Below are positions 37,358-47,977 of a stretch of 52,922 bases of DNA, piece after piece. The notes beneath the pieces are model-generated. The model saw only the letters and a program-made list of their open reading frames with translations, was not told the DNA's origin and made no database searches. A program made the position numbers and the translations under genes. Within the stretch, counting starts at the first letter, position 1. Every line of letters begins with the position of its first letter. The DNA is from Candidatus Poseidoniaceae archaeon (lineage in GTDB: Archaea > Thermoplasmatota > Poseidoniia > Poseidoniales > Poseidoniaceae), in NCBI GenBank assembly GCA_030750665.1, contig JASMHR010000003.1:1-52922 (forward strand), in the 5' to 3' direction.

Positions 37358-37966
37358 ATGCCCATGCCCCGGCGACTATTCTTCCTGACATCCAATCAAG
37401 GCAAGCTGCGCGAGGCTGAGCATCACCTTGCCACATCAGGATGGATGGTAGAGCAATTTTTGCTAGATGGAAAGGTACCTGAACTCATTGAGCCTCAAGT
37501 CGATTCCTTGGAGGAGGTAGCGCTTTCAAAACTGGTTCAGGCCATCGCTTTGCTTGAATCACAGGGGCGTTCATCCGATGCAGTTATTGTTGAGGATTCA
37601 GGTCTGTTCATACATGCATTTCCAGGATTTCCGGGGGTTTTTTCCTCTCATATCTTCAAGTCCTTGGGTTGTGCTGGGATTCTAAGATTGATGGGAGAGG
37701 AAAGGAGTGCCCATTTTGAAGCAGTGGCAGTCCTATGGGATGGTGAAAAGACCCGAATTGGAAGAGGTGTGTGTCGTGGAAGAATCGCAATGGAGATGAT
37801 TGAAGGTGAAGGATTCGGTTTCGACCCTATCTTCATTCCAGATGACCTCGAAGATGGCAGTAGCAGTGATGGCAAACCATTCGGTGCAATTCCAACCTCT
37901 CTGAAACATTGTTTCAGCCATCGAAGGTTGGCGTTGGACGAGTTGTTCAATAGCGGCGATGAATGA
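37358..37966 (+). CDS. rdgB: Non-canonical purine NTP pyrophosphatase (RdgB/HAM1)
   Basis: TSNQGKLRE, EDSGL, GFPG, GFGFDPIF and K..FSHR. Confidence 0.92.
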   Translation: MPMPRRLFFLTSNQGKLREAEHHLATSGWMVEQFLLDGKVPELIEPQVDSLEEVALSKLVQAIALLESQGRSSDAVIVEDSGLFIHAFPGFPGVFSSHIFKSLGCAGILRLMGEERSAHFEAVAVLWDGEKTRIGRGVCRGRIAMEMIEGEGFGFDPIFIPDDLEDGSSSDGKPFGAIPTSLKHCFSHRRLALDELFNSGDE

Positions 37967-38025
37967 GGCGATTCCCCCGCGCCGTCATCGTCAAAGGTGA
38001 ATTGCTGCTGGGCTTTTCGGTAACC

Positions 38026-38970
38026 ATGGGCGCAGGTCTCAAAATGATGCTTGCTCTGGGTGCTCTTGGGACCTTTGGGTTCTATCTTGCCAGGGTTAGT
38101 GAGATGACCGAAGGTGCTCAATGGGGATTCATCGGCGCCATACTCGTGCAATCATTCCTTTTCGTCGTTATTCCAGGCAAACCGAAGAAGGTGGTCGTTC
38201 GGAAAAGGTTGGTTGAAATGGAGGCTGAAGATGAAATTGAAGAAGAGTCCCGGAATCTTCCAGAACCTGTCAAATCAGATCCACTTGATGGTGCCACATT
38301 GCGTGAGCGGAAGATGGCGAAGATCAGGGCCAAGGAAGAAGAGGAAGCCGTTGATGACGACGAAGTTATTCAAATTGATGTGGGGGATATTGAAGAGATT
38401 GAGGATGTTCATATCGCCGATCAATATGTTGTCGAGATAGATGCTGAATCCATTGAGGAATCTAGAATTGAAGATACTGTTGATGAACGCCGCCGCCGCC
38501 ATGCCGAGATACGTCAACGCATTGAGGCTCGACGGCGCGAACAGATGGCTCAGGTGCGAGCATCAGCAGCCAAGATGTGGGATGATAATCAGGACCGAGA
38601 GGATCTGGTAGCGGTATTGTCTGACCCTGAACACGGATTAACTGTTCTTGAAGAGCCCGCCAGCGTTTCTCCCGGCCACCCATATGGTTCAACCTTCATC
38701 CGCATCGATGAAGAGAGAGTGATCAAGGTTCGTATTCCATTGGATGAAGGATTCAGAAAGGTTGAGATTGAAGAGCCTGAAGCCTTACCTTTGCCGCTGC
38801 CCGGCGGCCTTCCATTGCCTGTCGGCCTTCCATTGCCCGGTGGTCTTCCATTGCCCTTGCCAGCAGGTGGCTTACCATTGCCACCTCCACCAATGGTTGG
38901 AACACTACCACCACCAGTGCTGGAGAGCCAGTCCAAACTCGCAGCTCTACGCAATGAAATAGACGATTGA
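38026..38970 (+). CDS. Hypothetical membrane protein with an acidic coiled region and a Pro/Leu/Gly repeat tail
   Basis: Two N-terminal TM helices and LPLPGGLPLP repeats. Start chosen at ATG 38026. Confidence 0.7.
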   Translation: MGAGLKMMLALGALGTFGFYLARVSEMTEGAQWGFIGAILVQSFLFVVIPGKPKKVVVRKRLVEMEAEDEIEEESRNLPEPVKSDPLDGATLRERKMAKIRAKEEEEAVDDDEVIQIDVGDIEEIEDVHIADQYVVEIDAESIEESRIEDTVDERRRRHAEIRQRIEARRREQMAQVRASAAKMWDDNQDREDLVAVLSDPEHGLTVLEEPASVSPGHPYGSTFIRIDEERVIKVRIPLDEGFRKVEIEEPEALPLPLPGGLPLPVGLPLPGGLPLPLPAGGLPLPPPPMVGTLPPPVLESQSKLAALRNEIDD

Positions 38971-39819
38971 TCATCGCCCGACCCATTCTGGATCTTGGCG
39001 CTCCAGAAAGGCTTGCACACCAATCTCCTTATCTTCGCTATCGAATAGTCCAGCGAATGCATCAGCTTCCATTGTGATACCTTTGTCCAGAGGATGTTCT
39101 AGTGCAGCCCTGATGGTTGCTTTAGCGACCTTCAAGGTGTGTGGAGACTTGCTGGCGATATTTCTGGCAAGTTCAAGAGTTGCAGCTTCCAGTTCTCCTG
39201 TTGGATGAACATGATTGACCAAGCCGATTGACCGAGCTTCTTGTGCGTTGATCATTTCGCCTCCCATCACCATCTCCATCGCTTTGCCATAGCCGACAAG
39301 GCGTGAGAGTCTCTGTGTTCCGCCCCCGCCGGGTATCAGGCCCAGATTGATTTCAGGGGTCGAGAACCGCGAGTTCTCACCTGCGATTCTCAAGTCGCAT
39401 GATAGAGCGATTTCAAGACCTCCGCCCAGAGCGAATCCATCGACCATGGCTATTGTGGGTTTGCTTAGATTCCATATCGCTTCCCAAGCATTATCTGTGA
39501 ATGAATTTCGAATATCTTTGGAATTCTTGCCAACGAATTCACTGATATCAGCACCAGCGACGAATGATTTGGGTTTGGCTCGCTTACCTTCAGCAGGCGG
39601 TTCAGGTTCCGAACCCCTGATGATCATCAGTCTGATATCATCAGCCTGTTCCACCCAAGCACAAGTCTGTTTGAGTGCAGAGGCCACTGTATTGTTCAAT
39701 GCGTTGAGTTTGTTCGGTCGATTGATGGTGACTATTGCAATCTTGCCACTATTGGATTTTTCATCATTGACTGAAACCACTTCGATGAGCACTTCGTTCA
39801 CATCGGGTTTGGCCGCCAT
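38971..39819 (-). CDS. Enoyl-CoA hydratase (crotonase)
   Basis: INRPNKLNALN, FVAGADI, GGGLE and PEINLGLIPGGGGTQRL with both catalytic Glu residues. Confidence 0.92.
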   Translation of the reverse strand: MAAKPDVNEVLIEVVSVNDEKSNSGKIAIVTINRPNKLNALNNTVASALKQTCAWVEQADDIRLMIIRGSEPEPPAEGKRAKPKSFVAGADISEFVGKNSKDIRNSFTDNAWEAIWNLSKPTIAMVDGFALGGGLEIALSCDLRIAGENSRFSTPEINLGLIPGGGGTQRLSRLVGYGKAMEMVMGGEMINAQEARSIGLVNHVHPTGELEAATLELARNIASKSPHTLKVAKATIRAALEHPLDKGITMEADAFAGLFDSEDKEIGVQAFLERQDPEWVGR

Positions 39820-39916
39820 GCAGGTCCCACGGCATCGAAGTCCTCAATGCTTCGTTCAAGAGGTTCCACATAATCATCTAAGACAGATGGCAGAGTCGGA
39901 GCGATGGAGATAGTCG

Positions 39917-40699
39917 ATGAGTGAGAGCAAAAAGCGCGAAATACTGGTCGCAGCCATTGATATCGGCAAGCGATTTGGTGATTTCATCGCCCTCCATCCC
40001 CTGAATGTAAAAGTTCAGTCAGGCGAATTCTTCGGTGTATTTGGGCCCAATGGCGCAGGCAAGTCAACATTCATCAAACTCTTGACAGGGCAGTTGAAAC
40101 CCAGCATTGGGGAAGTAGAGGTTCTTGGAATCGATGTCAAGAACAATCCACAGGAATTGAAAGCCAACATCGGCATTGTCCCCGAGTCTGAATCTCCACC
40201 CTCATATCTGACCCCAGTGGAATTCCTTGAGTTCGTAGGCAGATTGCGTGGGCTGGATGATCTTGTAAATCGAATCAACCATTGGATGGATTGGTTTGGT
40301 ATGACCGACAAACGGGATACTATGTGCAAGGACCTTTCAAAGGGCCAGAGGCAGAAAGTGATGTTGGCGAGTGCTTTCATCCATGAGCCACGAATCATGT
40401 TCCTCGACGAGCCCTTCGCTAATCTTGACCCGATTTATCAACGTAAATGCCGTACTTGGCTTCTCGACATGGTGGCAGAAGGCGGGACCATTTTCATGTG
40501 CAGCCACGTTCTTGAAGTGGCCGAGCGCCTTTGTACCAGATTGGCGATAATCGATCATGGTAAGGTATTGGCATCAGGTAAAATCGAAGACCTCAAGGCT
40601 TCAGATGGAGAGAATCTTGAGGATGTATTCATCCGTCTTGTGGGTCATTCAATGGCAGAGGCTCAGGGCATGGCTGATGGCGATATCGAGGAGGAATGA
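39917..40699 (+). CDS. ABC transporter ATP-binding protein (exporter type)
   Basis: GPNGAGKST, LSKGQ, FLDEP and CSH. Confidence 0.93.
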   Translation: MSESKKREILVAAIDIGKRFGDFIALHPLNVKVQSGEFFGVFGPNGAGKSTFIKLLTGQLKPSIGEVEVLGIDVKNNPQELKANIGIVPESESPPSYLTPVEFLEFVGRLRGLDDLVNRINHWMDWFGMTDKRDTMCKDLSKGQRQKVMLASAFIHEPRIMFLDEPFANLDPIYQRKCRTWLLDMVAEGGTIFMCSHVLEVAERLCTRLAIIDHGKVLASGKIEDLKASDGENLEDVFIRLVGHSMAEAQGMADGDIEEE

Positions 40700-42390
40700 A
40701 ATTGTCAGAGGTCTCCAGCAGGGACTGGAGCGAGGTCACCACAGTCATTGGAGGTGATCTTGGAACCGTTTCGGAAGGTAAGAAATATTCACCTGCAACC
40801 TTGTCTTCAGCCTTCGGAATCACTTTTCGCATGATGTTTAAAGAGGAATGGAGGCAAAATATCGACTTTGCCAAGAAGCGGCATATCTTATTGTTTCCAG
40901 CATTGTTGGCTGTGGTCACCATGGTCATGATTGTTGGGATCAAGTTCCTAGTGGGAGAAGGGGTTGCAGATGTCGAGGGTTTGGAGGATCAGCGGCGAGC
41001 CTTCACCTGGGATGAACTGAAGTTTGCACTTCACCTTCCATTGTTCATGTTCAGTCTGGGTATGGGTTCATTCGCTTTCCTTGGTAGGGTGATGGTCAGT
41101 CAACGCGGTTCTGGTCTCAACTATCTTCTCGCTTCTCCCGCTCTGCAACCTATTGAACAGTCAGCTAATCATTTCGCATATTGGGTCAAGGAAGTTGTCT
41201 ATTACCTGCTGTTGATTCTGTTTCCGGTCTCTTGTGGGATGGCTCTTGGTATCCTACTTGAGGTATTATTCTCTATTTCCACTCCCTTGCTTTGGAGTTC
41301 GATTCCAGTGACTATGCTCGCGATGTCACTCACGTTGGCTGAAGGTCTCGCTGTTTCGTTCCTTGGCAGTGCTTTGTGGACGAGAGGAAAACCTTGGTCG
41401 AAAGTCATCCCAATCATGGCAGTAATCATGGGAGTATTGGTTCTTGGTGGCTGGATACGTTTTGATCTGCTGATTATTGGGTATTCATTCCAGTTGAATC
41501 ACTCCATCTTTCTAGCCATAGCAGGAATCATAATCATTCCATTCATCGCTTGGTTAGGTGCGGTTTCAGTATCTGATGATTTTGAACAGAACATTTCCGA
41601 ACGCAAGGAATTGTTTACTCCTGTATATGCAAGATTAGGTTTCCTTGGCAAGGGAACGATGCGGCTGTTGGTGGCCAAGGAATTCGTCGATCTCATACGT
41701 AGTGGCACCATCAAGAAAATGATAGTCTCCTATGCCGTTCCACTGATGGTTCTTCTAGCCCTTGCATGGTTGGTGGATTTCACGGACTCTCCGATTCCCG
41801 TCAATCTATTGACATATGCACCATTCCTCGGTTTTTTCGGTTTCAATTTCTACTCTTGGTTGACTGGAATTGATTCTCCAGAGCACATGAACACACTTCC
41901 AGCATCGGTTCCTGAATTGATTCGGGCAAAGGTAGTGACTTACTTTCTGACAACGACTTGGATCAGTATAATCTTCCTATTGTTGATGGCATGGAAACTG
42001 GGGGCTTGGAGTATGCTTCCCGTAGCTATGATAGTAATGGTGGCGAACAGTATCTACATCGTTTCATTGACAGCTTTCTTGATGGGGCTACGGCCAAACA
42101 AAGCAATATTCGATGCTTCGATCATGCTATGGTTCTGGATAGGAACAGTCTTGCCGTTATTGGTGTTGTTCCTTTTGTCATTCACACAAGGAGATACTTC
42201 GTTCTATGATAATTGGTACCAACAAGTTAGTGAGAAAGGAATCAATGCCGAAGCAGTTGCATTCGATGATGATGGGATGCAGCGAGGTTTCACTGGAATA
42301 CTGATTGTCTCCTTGCTCTTGATTGGTGGCGGTTGGTTCTTGATGAAATTGCTTGACCGCAAATGGAAGCATGCTCCGTTCTACAATTGA
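40696..42390 (+). CDS. Putative ABC exporter permease (about 12 TM helices)
   Basis: ATGA overlap with the ATPase gene. Two hydrophobic halves. Confidence 0.75.
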   Translation: MKLSEVSSRDWSEVTTVIGGDLGTVSEGKKYSPATLSSAFGITFRMMFKEEWRQNIDFAKKRHILLFPALLAVVTMVMIVGIKFLVGEGVADVEGLEDQRRAFTWDELKFALHLPLFMFSLGMGSFAFLGRVMVSQRGSGLNYLLASPALQPIEQSANHFAYWVKEVVYYLLLILFPVSCGMALGILLEVLFSISTPLLWSSIPVTMLAMSLTLAEGLAVSFLGSALWTRGKPWSKVIPIMAVIMGVLVLGGWIRFDLLIIGYSFQLNHSIFLAIAGIIIIPFIAWLGAVSVSDDFEQNISERKELFTPVYARLGFLGKGTMRLLVAKEFVDLIRSGTIKKMIVSYAVPLMVLLALAWLVDFTDSPIPVNLLTYAPFLGFFGFNFYSWLTGIDSPEHMNTLPASVPELIRAKVVTYFLTTTWISIIFLLLMAWKLGAWSMLPVAMIVMVANSIYIVSLTAFLMGLRPNKAIFDASIMLWFWIGTVLPLLVLFLLSFTQGDTSFYDNWYQQVSEKGINAEAVAFDDDGMQRGFTGILIVSLLLIGGGWFLMKLLDRKWKHAPFYN

Positions 42391-42428
42391 GCCGGTTCAT
42401 TGATTGACTATCAGCCATTGGCGATGCC

Positions 42429-42983
42429 ATGGTACTCGTGGTTGCGGCGGTAGGGATGCCGGGTTGTGGCAAAGGAGAGTTGTCAGCATTGGTCAAAGCA
42501 GCGGGCATTCCAGTATTCTCGATGGGTGATATGATTCGAGCAGAAGTCGAAGCCCGCAACCTCGATGGCGACCCCCATGTATTTGGGAGGGTTGCACAAG
42601 AGTTACGCGACGAGTTTGGATATGGAGTTCTGGCGAGTCGTTTGGCTCCACATATTGAATCTGCCTTGGCTGGTAGCCAATTGGTATTGATAGAAGGGAT
42701 GAGGGGAGTCGATGAGAAGGATATCTTCCTTGAGCATTGGCCGAATTTCAAGGTCGTTGCTGTGGTTGTTGAAGCAGATATCAGGTTTGACAGGATTTCT
42801 CTTAGAGGAAGGGCTGAGGATGGAGACAGGGCAGCATTTGACAGACGCGATGATAGAGAATTGAGTTGGGGTGTAGGTGAACTCATTGCCGGCGCTGATT
42901 GGAGCCTAGATAACTCAGGCGACCTAGAAACTTTCAATAATCTCTCTGAACAGTGGCTAAAAGCACTGTTCCCGAGTCACTGA
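42429..42983 (+). CDS. Archaeal nucleoside-monophosphate kinase / dephospho-CoA kinase-like protein (UPF0200)
   Basis: VGMPGCGKG, SMGDMIR, IEGMRG and RDDRELSWG. Confidence 0.8.
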   Translation: MVLVVAAVGMPGCGKGELSALVKAAGIPVFSMGDMIRAEVEARNLDGDPHVFGRVAQELRDEFGYGVLASRLAPHIESALAGSQLVLIEGMRGVDEKDIFLEHWPNFKVVAVVVEADIRFDRISLRGRAEDGDRAAFDRRDDRELSWGVGELIAGADWSLDNSGDLETFNNLSEQWLKALFPSH

Positions 42984-43081
42984 GGGCCCATGTGATGGGC
43001 CTTTTGAGGCCTGAATAGCAACCAAAGGTTATAGTGGGTTTGAAGTCGTCGTCATCCCTGCCTACGGCAGGGGAATACTCT

Positions 43082-44614
43082 ATGGCAAGGAAAAAGGGGG
43101 GGAAAGGCGGTGGTCGTCGCGGTCGCGGTGGCAAGAAACAAGTAGCATATGATGAACTTGACAAATACCCAGTCATGCCTCCTCATGCTTTTGCTAGAAT
43201 AGTTCGTGACAAGAGCACTTTGAACATCATCTATCAGATTATCGAACCTCCATTGAACAAGAAGGAACAAGAGCATCGTGATGAGTTGATGGACATTTTC
43301 ATCAAGAGTTTGACCGCGAATATTGACGAGATAGATGCCGACCCAGGCGCTTACCTCAGGACTGCGATGGACAAGATAATCAAATCCTATGGAATGAAGA
43401 TCAACAAGAAATCCAAATCCAAGTTGTTCTATTATCTCAGGAGGGATATGATTGGCTATGGAAAGATGGATGTTCTGATGAACGACCCGAATGTAGAGGA
43501 TGTTTCTCTTGATGGAACAGGCATTCCAATCTTCGCTTATCATCGTAAGTTCGAATCTGTCGAAACCACATGTTCGTGGGATACTGATGACGAACTCGAA
43601 TCATATATCATCAAGTTGGCTCAACGTTGCGGAAAGCACATCTCTGTTGCAGATCCATTGCTTGATGCAACTTTGATGGATGGTTCCCGTATCGTCATGA
43701 AACTAGGATATGAGATTTCCACGCGGGGCTCTTGTTTCTGTATCCGACGTTTCAAGGAAGACCCGTTTTCTCCATGCGACATCGTTGCTTTCCGAACCAT
43801 GTCATCTTTGATGGTGGCCTATCTTTGGATAGCATTCCAGAATGAAGTACCGATGCTATTCGTAGGTGGTACGGCCTCAGGAAAGACAACAACTCTCAAT
43901 GCCATGTGTATCTTTATTCCATGGCAGATGAAGATTGTCAGCATTGAATCAACTCGTGAAGTTAACATTCCTCAACCCAACTGGGTTCCAGGATTGACCA
44001 GGCAAGGATTCGGGGGTGAATCGAGCGAAGGTGAGATAGGGGAGTTCGAATTGCTCAAGGCGGCCCTTCGTGAACGACCAGAATACATCATTGTGGGTGA
44101 GATTCGTGGTGCTGAAGCCTATGTTTTGTTCCAGGCAATGGCTACTGGGCACTGTGCATACTCTACTGTTCACGCCGATTCAGTACCGTCTCTTGTCCAT
44201 CGTTTGGAGAACAAACCTATCGATATTCCAAGAGTTCTGCTACCTGCACTTGAAGCCTGTTCCATTCAGATACAGACACGTATCAATGGCCAACGTGTGC
44301 GGCGTACAAGGCAGACTGTAGAGATAGTTGGTATCGACCCGAATTCAATGGAGATAATCACCAATGAGGTATTCCATTGGGATCCTGCGACCGATGATTA
44401 TGTTTTCAGTGGTAAATCATATGTCCTTGAGAAGATCATGGTCAAGATCAATTTCAGTCAGGATGAGATGCGTCGAGAGTTGAGAACAAGAAAGCGCATT
44501 CTTGAATGGATGGTATTGAATGACATCCGCAAGGCCGATCAGGTATCACAAATCGTCACTGAATATTATGTGAGGCCAAACGAGATCCTTGCTCGGGTTG
44601 ACGGATTGCGATGA
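43082..44614 (+). CDS. Type IV pilus/type II secretion ATPase (PilB/ArlI/VirB11 family)
   Basis: GGTASGKTT, ALRERPEYIIVGEIRGAEA and QAMATGH..YSTVHA. Start chosen at ATG 43082. Confidence 0.92.
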   Translation: MARKKGGKGGGRRGRGGKKQVAYDELDKYPVMPPHAFARIVRDKSTLNIIYQIIEPPLNKKEQEHRDELMDIFIKSLTANIDEIDADPGAYLRTAMDKIIKSYGMKINKKSKSKLFYYLRRDMIGYGKMDVLMNDPNVEDVSLDGTGIPIFAYHRKFESVETTCSWDTDDELESYIIKLAQRCGKHISVADPLLDATLMDGSRIVMKLGYEISTRGSCFCIRRFKEDPFSPCDIVAFRTMSSLMVAYLWIAFQNEVPMLFVGGTASGKTTTLNAMCIFIPWQMKIVSIESTREVNIPQPNWVPGLTRQGFGGESSEGEIGEFELLKAALRERPEYIIVGEIRGAEAYVLFQAMATGHCAYSTVHADSVPSLVHRLENKPIDIPRVLLPALEACSIQIQTRINGQRVRRTRQTVEIVGIDPNSMEIITNEVFHWDPATDDYVFSGKSYVLEKIMVKINFSQDEMRRELRTRKRILEWMVLNDIRKADQVSQIVTEYYVRPNEILARVDGLR

Positions 44615-44634
44615 ACTCGGGAAGTGATGCATAG

Positions 44635-45660
44635 ATGGAGTTGACGGCCTGGCAGAAAATCTGTCACAGAACCGTTGGCAAGATTGTGAAGAAGAAGGCT
44701 CGCAATGACAAGGAACTCTGCAAGACTCTTGAGCAAGGTGCTTTTCCAGTGATGGCCGATGTCTATCTTGCTACCAATATTGTCACATCAATTGCTGTCT
44801 TCTTGATATGCATTGGAGTGATTGCAATAGTCTTCTTTCCTGCCATTGGAGTAATTGCGATTTACGAGAGCGTTCAGGACCCCGATTCTGAGACGCCATG
44901 TAAAATCTGGGAATATTGGAATCCGGAGAAGAAGGCGGCGAATTATGACCAGCCAGGGCATGGCTGTCCAGATTACAAAACATTGGAGTTTCCAACATAT
45001 CTCAAGATACTGATACCGGTCATGTGTGGATTAGTGATTCCCCTCTTGGCTTTCCGGTATTTCAAGGGTTCAGCGAAACGAATGGCCAAGAAACGAGGTA
45101 TGCAATTAGAGAAATATCTCCCTTATGCCGCTTCATATACAGCGGCGATGTCTGCAGCCAATGCAACACCTTCGAAGATTTTCCGTTCTTTGGCATTGAA
45201 CGAAGATATCTATGGGGATATCGCCTATGATTCATCATTGATTTATCGTGATGTGACATTATTGGGATATGACTTGTTGACGGCGATTAAACTATCCGTC
45301 GCTCGTGCTGCATCTCCTTGGTTGACTGAGTTCTTTCAAGGAATGGTTGGAACATTGACTTCAGGTGGAAATTTGAAGTTGTATTTCCTTAATCGTGCCG
45401 AACATTACATGCGTGAGAATCGAACGAGATTGCAAGTCTTCCTTGAGACTTTGGCGATGTTGGCAGAATCATATGTCGTGGTTGCAGTAGCGATGCCGCT
45501 GTTCCTGATCGTCATGCTGGTCATCATGTTCTGGGTTTCTGGTTCCGGCTCTCAGATGTCTGAGAGTTTCTTGTATACCATTATCATGGGAGTCATTCCA
45601 GCCATCCACGTTGCCTATGCTCTCTTGGTATGGACGATGAGTGAAGAACAGAAAATGTGA
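44635..45660 (+). CDS. Type IV pilus platform protein (T2SS-F/TadB/ArlJ-like)
   Basis: LPYAASYTAAM, LLGYDLLTAI and FLETLAMLAESYV. Directly follows the ATPase gene. Confidence 0.85.
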   Translation: MELTAWQKICHRTVGKIVKKKARNDKELCKTLEQGAFPVMADVYLATNIVTSIAVFLICIGVIAIVFFPAIGVIAIYESVQDPDSETPCKIWEYWNPEKKAANYDQPGHGCPDYKTLEFPTYLKILIPVMCGLVIPLLAFRYFKGSAKRMAKKRGMQLEKYLPYAASYTAAMSAANATPSKIFRSLALNEDIYGDIAYDSSLIYRDVTLLGYDLLTAIKLSVARAASPWLTEFFQGMVGTLTSGGNLKLYFLNRAEHYMRENRTRLQVFLETLAMLAESYVVVAVAMPLFLIVMLVIMFWVSGSGSQMSESFLYTIIMGVIPAIHVAYALLVWTMSEEQKM

Positions 45661-47519
45661 CAGGAGGTGATAGATTGGCGCGCAAGAAGGAGAAACTCAA
45701 GGTCAATCTTGAACTTCCAAAGAACGACACGACGATGACCAAATTGTATCTCATTCTCGGATTAGGGATGATATTAGGAATCTCGAGCATAGGTTTCTGG
45801 TTCATCAATTCGCCATTCTTACCTACTCCTAATGGGCAGCCAATGTTCATCAATATCGCTTGTGGTTGGGATCCTACCTTTCAACCCGATCTTGATTCGA
45901 ATGAATCATGTGACCTGATGCATGATGAGCCACAAGTTTCAGTCTTCGAAGCACCTCAGCCATGGAAAAAGGTCTTGGCAGAAGGACAGAGATTCACTGC
46001 TCCAGGATTATTACCTGAAGAACGAGGAAATTATTCCGGGCAACTAACTCAAGCTTTTGAATTGAAATGTGAAGCTAAAGCCGATGTTGAACTTCCGTAT
46101 ACCTTGGAGTTATGGGATTCTGAAAAGAATGTGATTGCTTCGAAACAGGATGGCATCACCAATCGTGGAGGTTGCAGTCTGAAACATGACCATGTAGAAC
46201 CTGGAGAGGAGTATTCGTACGTATTGTATTCCAATGACCCTGGGGGAGAGAAAATACGTGAGTTCACCTTTTCCTTGCATATCGAGGTCTATGATGGGGT
46301 TCCAGAGTACATGAACAACAAATCTCTGTGGCTGGGACCTGAGTTGGACCTTGGAATTACCTCATTCCGCCCCACATTATTCCTGAATTTCTTTGGTTTG
46401 GGGATATTTATTGCATTCTTCCCTGCTTCTTATTATTGGGATGGGGTAAAGAATCGAATCAATTCGATGGAAGATAAGTTCCCTGATTTTCTGCGAGACA
46501 TGGCTGAATACTGGAAAGGAGGTTTGTCGATGAACGTCGCGGTTCAAACTTTAGCCAGTTCGGAATATGGGGCCTTGAATGACGAAGTCAAGAAGATGGC
46601 CGATCAATTATCTTGGGGCGTAGCCTTCGGTGACGTAATGCAATTGTTCGCGGACCGTGTTGGGACTCCTCTAGTGAAGCGAGCGATCAGTCTGATTCAA
46701 GAAGCCAACAAAGCGGGTGGAAAGATTTCAGATATTCTAGTGACCGCAGCCAATGACAGCCGTGAGATCAAGTTCTTGGAAGGTGAGAGAAAACGAGCCA
46801 TCGCCTCCTATATCGCAGTCATTTGGGTTTCATACATGGTTTTCTTGGGGGTCATCGTGGTATTGGGCAAGGTTTTCATTCCCGCGATCGCAAGTTCCAA
46901 TTCTGGTGACGACGAAGGTGGAGAAGGAGATGATGGATCAGCGAAACTTGGGAACATGGAGATCAGAGCCATAGATCCACTATTCTTCCTGATGGTCTTC
47001 TATTACGGTGTCACTCTACAGGCTGTCGGCAATGGCTGCATGGCTGGTTTGATGGCCACGGGGAGATTAAGTTCGGGAATGAAACACGCTGGAATGATGA
47101 TTGTTCTTGCTTCATTAGCTTTCAATTTCGTTGTTTTCGCACCTGAATTGATTGGTATTCAACCCCCAGAGGAAATAGATGTCAGGGCTGGAACCTTTGA
47201 GCCAACGATGAGTATTCAGAACACTGCGCCCATAGCAACAAATTTGATGCTGTTACCCGCTACTCCAACGAATAGTGATGATTTGGAAGTCTCGTACGCA
47301 TACTATGATGAGGACAACCACCCAGAAGAAGGGACTGAGATACGTTGGTACCGTAACGGAAATGAAGTTATTGTTTGGAGTGAACTAACTACTATTCCTG
47401 CTTCAGAGACTCAGGTTGGGGACAGCATCTACTACATCATCAGGCCAAGTGATGGCATCGAATTGGGTTCCTATACAAGTCTACTTGATGACCAAGAAGC
47501 AGTCACGGTGGTGGCATGA
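45657..47519 (+). CDS. Type IV pilus platform protein (T2SS-F/TadC-like) with extra soluble domains
   Basis: FPDFLRDMAE, EYGALNDEVKKM and LSWG. Roughly 190-aa insert after the first TM helix and a beta-rich C-terminal extension. Confidence 0.85.
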   Translation: MTGGDRLARKKEKLKVNLELPKNDTTMTKLYLILGLGMILGISSIGFWFINSPFLPTPNGQPMFINIACGWDPTFQPDLDSNESCDLMHDEPQVSVFEAPQPWKKVLAEGQRFTAPGLLPEERGNYSGQLTQAFELKCEAKADVELPYTLELWDSEKNVIASKQDGITNRGGCSLKHDHVEPGEEYSYVLYSNDPGGEKIREFTFSLHIEVYDGVPEYMNNKSLWLGPELDLGITSFRPTLFLNFFGLGIFIAFFPASYYWDGVKNRINSMEDKFPDFLRDMAEYWKGGLSMNVAVQTLASSEYGALNDEVKKMADQLSWGVAFGDVMQLFADRVGTPLVKRAISLIQEANKAGGKISDILVTAANDSREIKFLEGERKRAIASYIAVIWVSYMVFLGVIVVLGKVFIPAIASSNSGDDEGGEGDDGSAKLGNMEIRAIDPLFFLMVFYYGVTLQAVGNGCMAGLMATGRLSSGMKHAGMMIVLASLAFNFVVFAPELIGIQPPEEIDVRAGTFEPTMSIQNTAPIATNLMLLPATPTNSDDLEVSYAYYDEDNHPEEGTEIRWYRNGNEVIVWSELTTIPASETQVGDSIYYIIRPSDGIELGSYTSLLDDQEAVTVVA

Positions 47520-47977
47520 AATCGCTTATCGATTCTGATGAGAAGGCGCAGATTCACGTCCTTGAGATGTTGACACTGTTCTGGCTGTTCTTCATGTCGG
47601 CGATATTCGTGTTGCGTATCGATGTCCCAGATCCACCTTCTGCTGCTACGGATGCAACTTTGGAACTCTCTGGAGAGGATGCGATTAGAATGGCAAGGGC
47701 AGAACTCCCTCTCAACTCAAGTGCTGCTGATTCGCTATTGGTGGAGCATCTTGCTGATAGAAATCTAGATTCAGCCTGTGACTTGATACTCGACGGTCTG
47801 GGTGCGACTGTGGATGGAAGGTGTTGGTTGGCCATGGATGGTTCAGCATCCGAGGTTCATGGGGGCTCCACTTCACCACTTGGGCGAACTGAAACAGTTC
47901 ATGCAATGCTACAGCAGGGCCCACACCTATGGACCATTTCACTTGATGTCTGGCACCGAGGAGGTGGCTCTTCATGA
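47516..47977 (+). CDS. Pilin-like protein (class III signal peptide)
   Basis: DEKA|QIHVLEMLTLFWLFF. Translationally coupled to the platform gene. Confidence 0.62.
   Translation: MKSLIDSDEKAQIHVLEMLTLFWLFFMSAIFVLRIDVPDPPSAATDATLELSGEDAIRMARAELPLNSSAADSLLVEHLADRNLDSACDLILDGLGATVDGRCWLAMDGSASEVHGGSTSPLGRTETVHAMLQQGPHLWTISLDVWHRGGGSS

Noticed and set aside
42290-42937. 215-aa minus-strand ORF
   Set aside because: Antisense to a well-supported kinase gene, with Ser-rich shadow composition.
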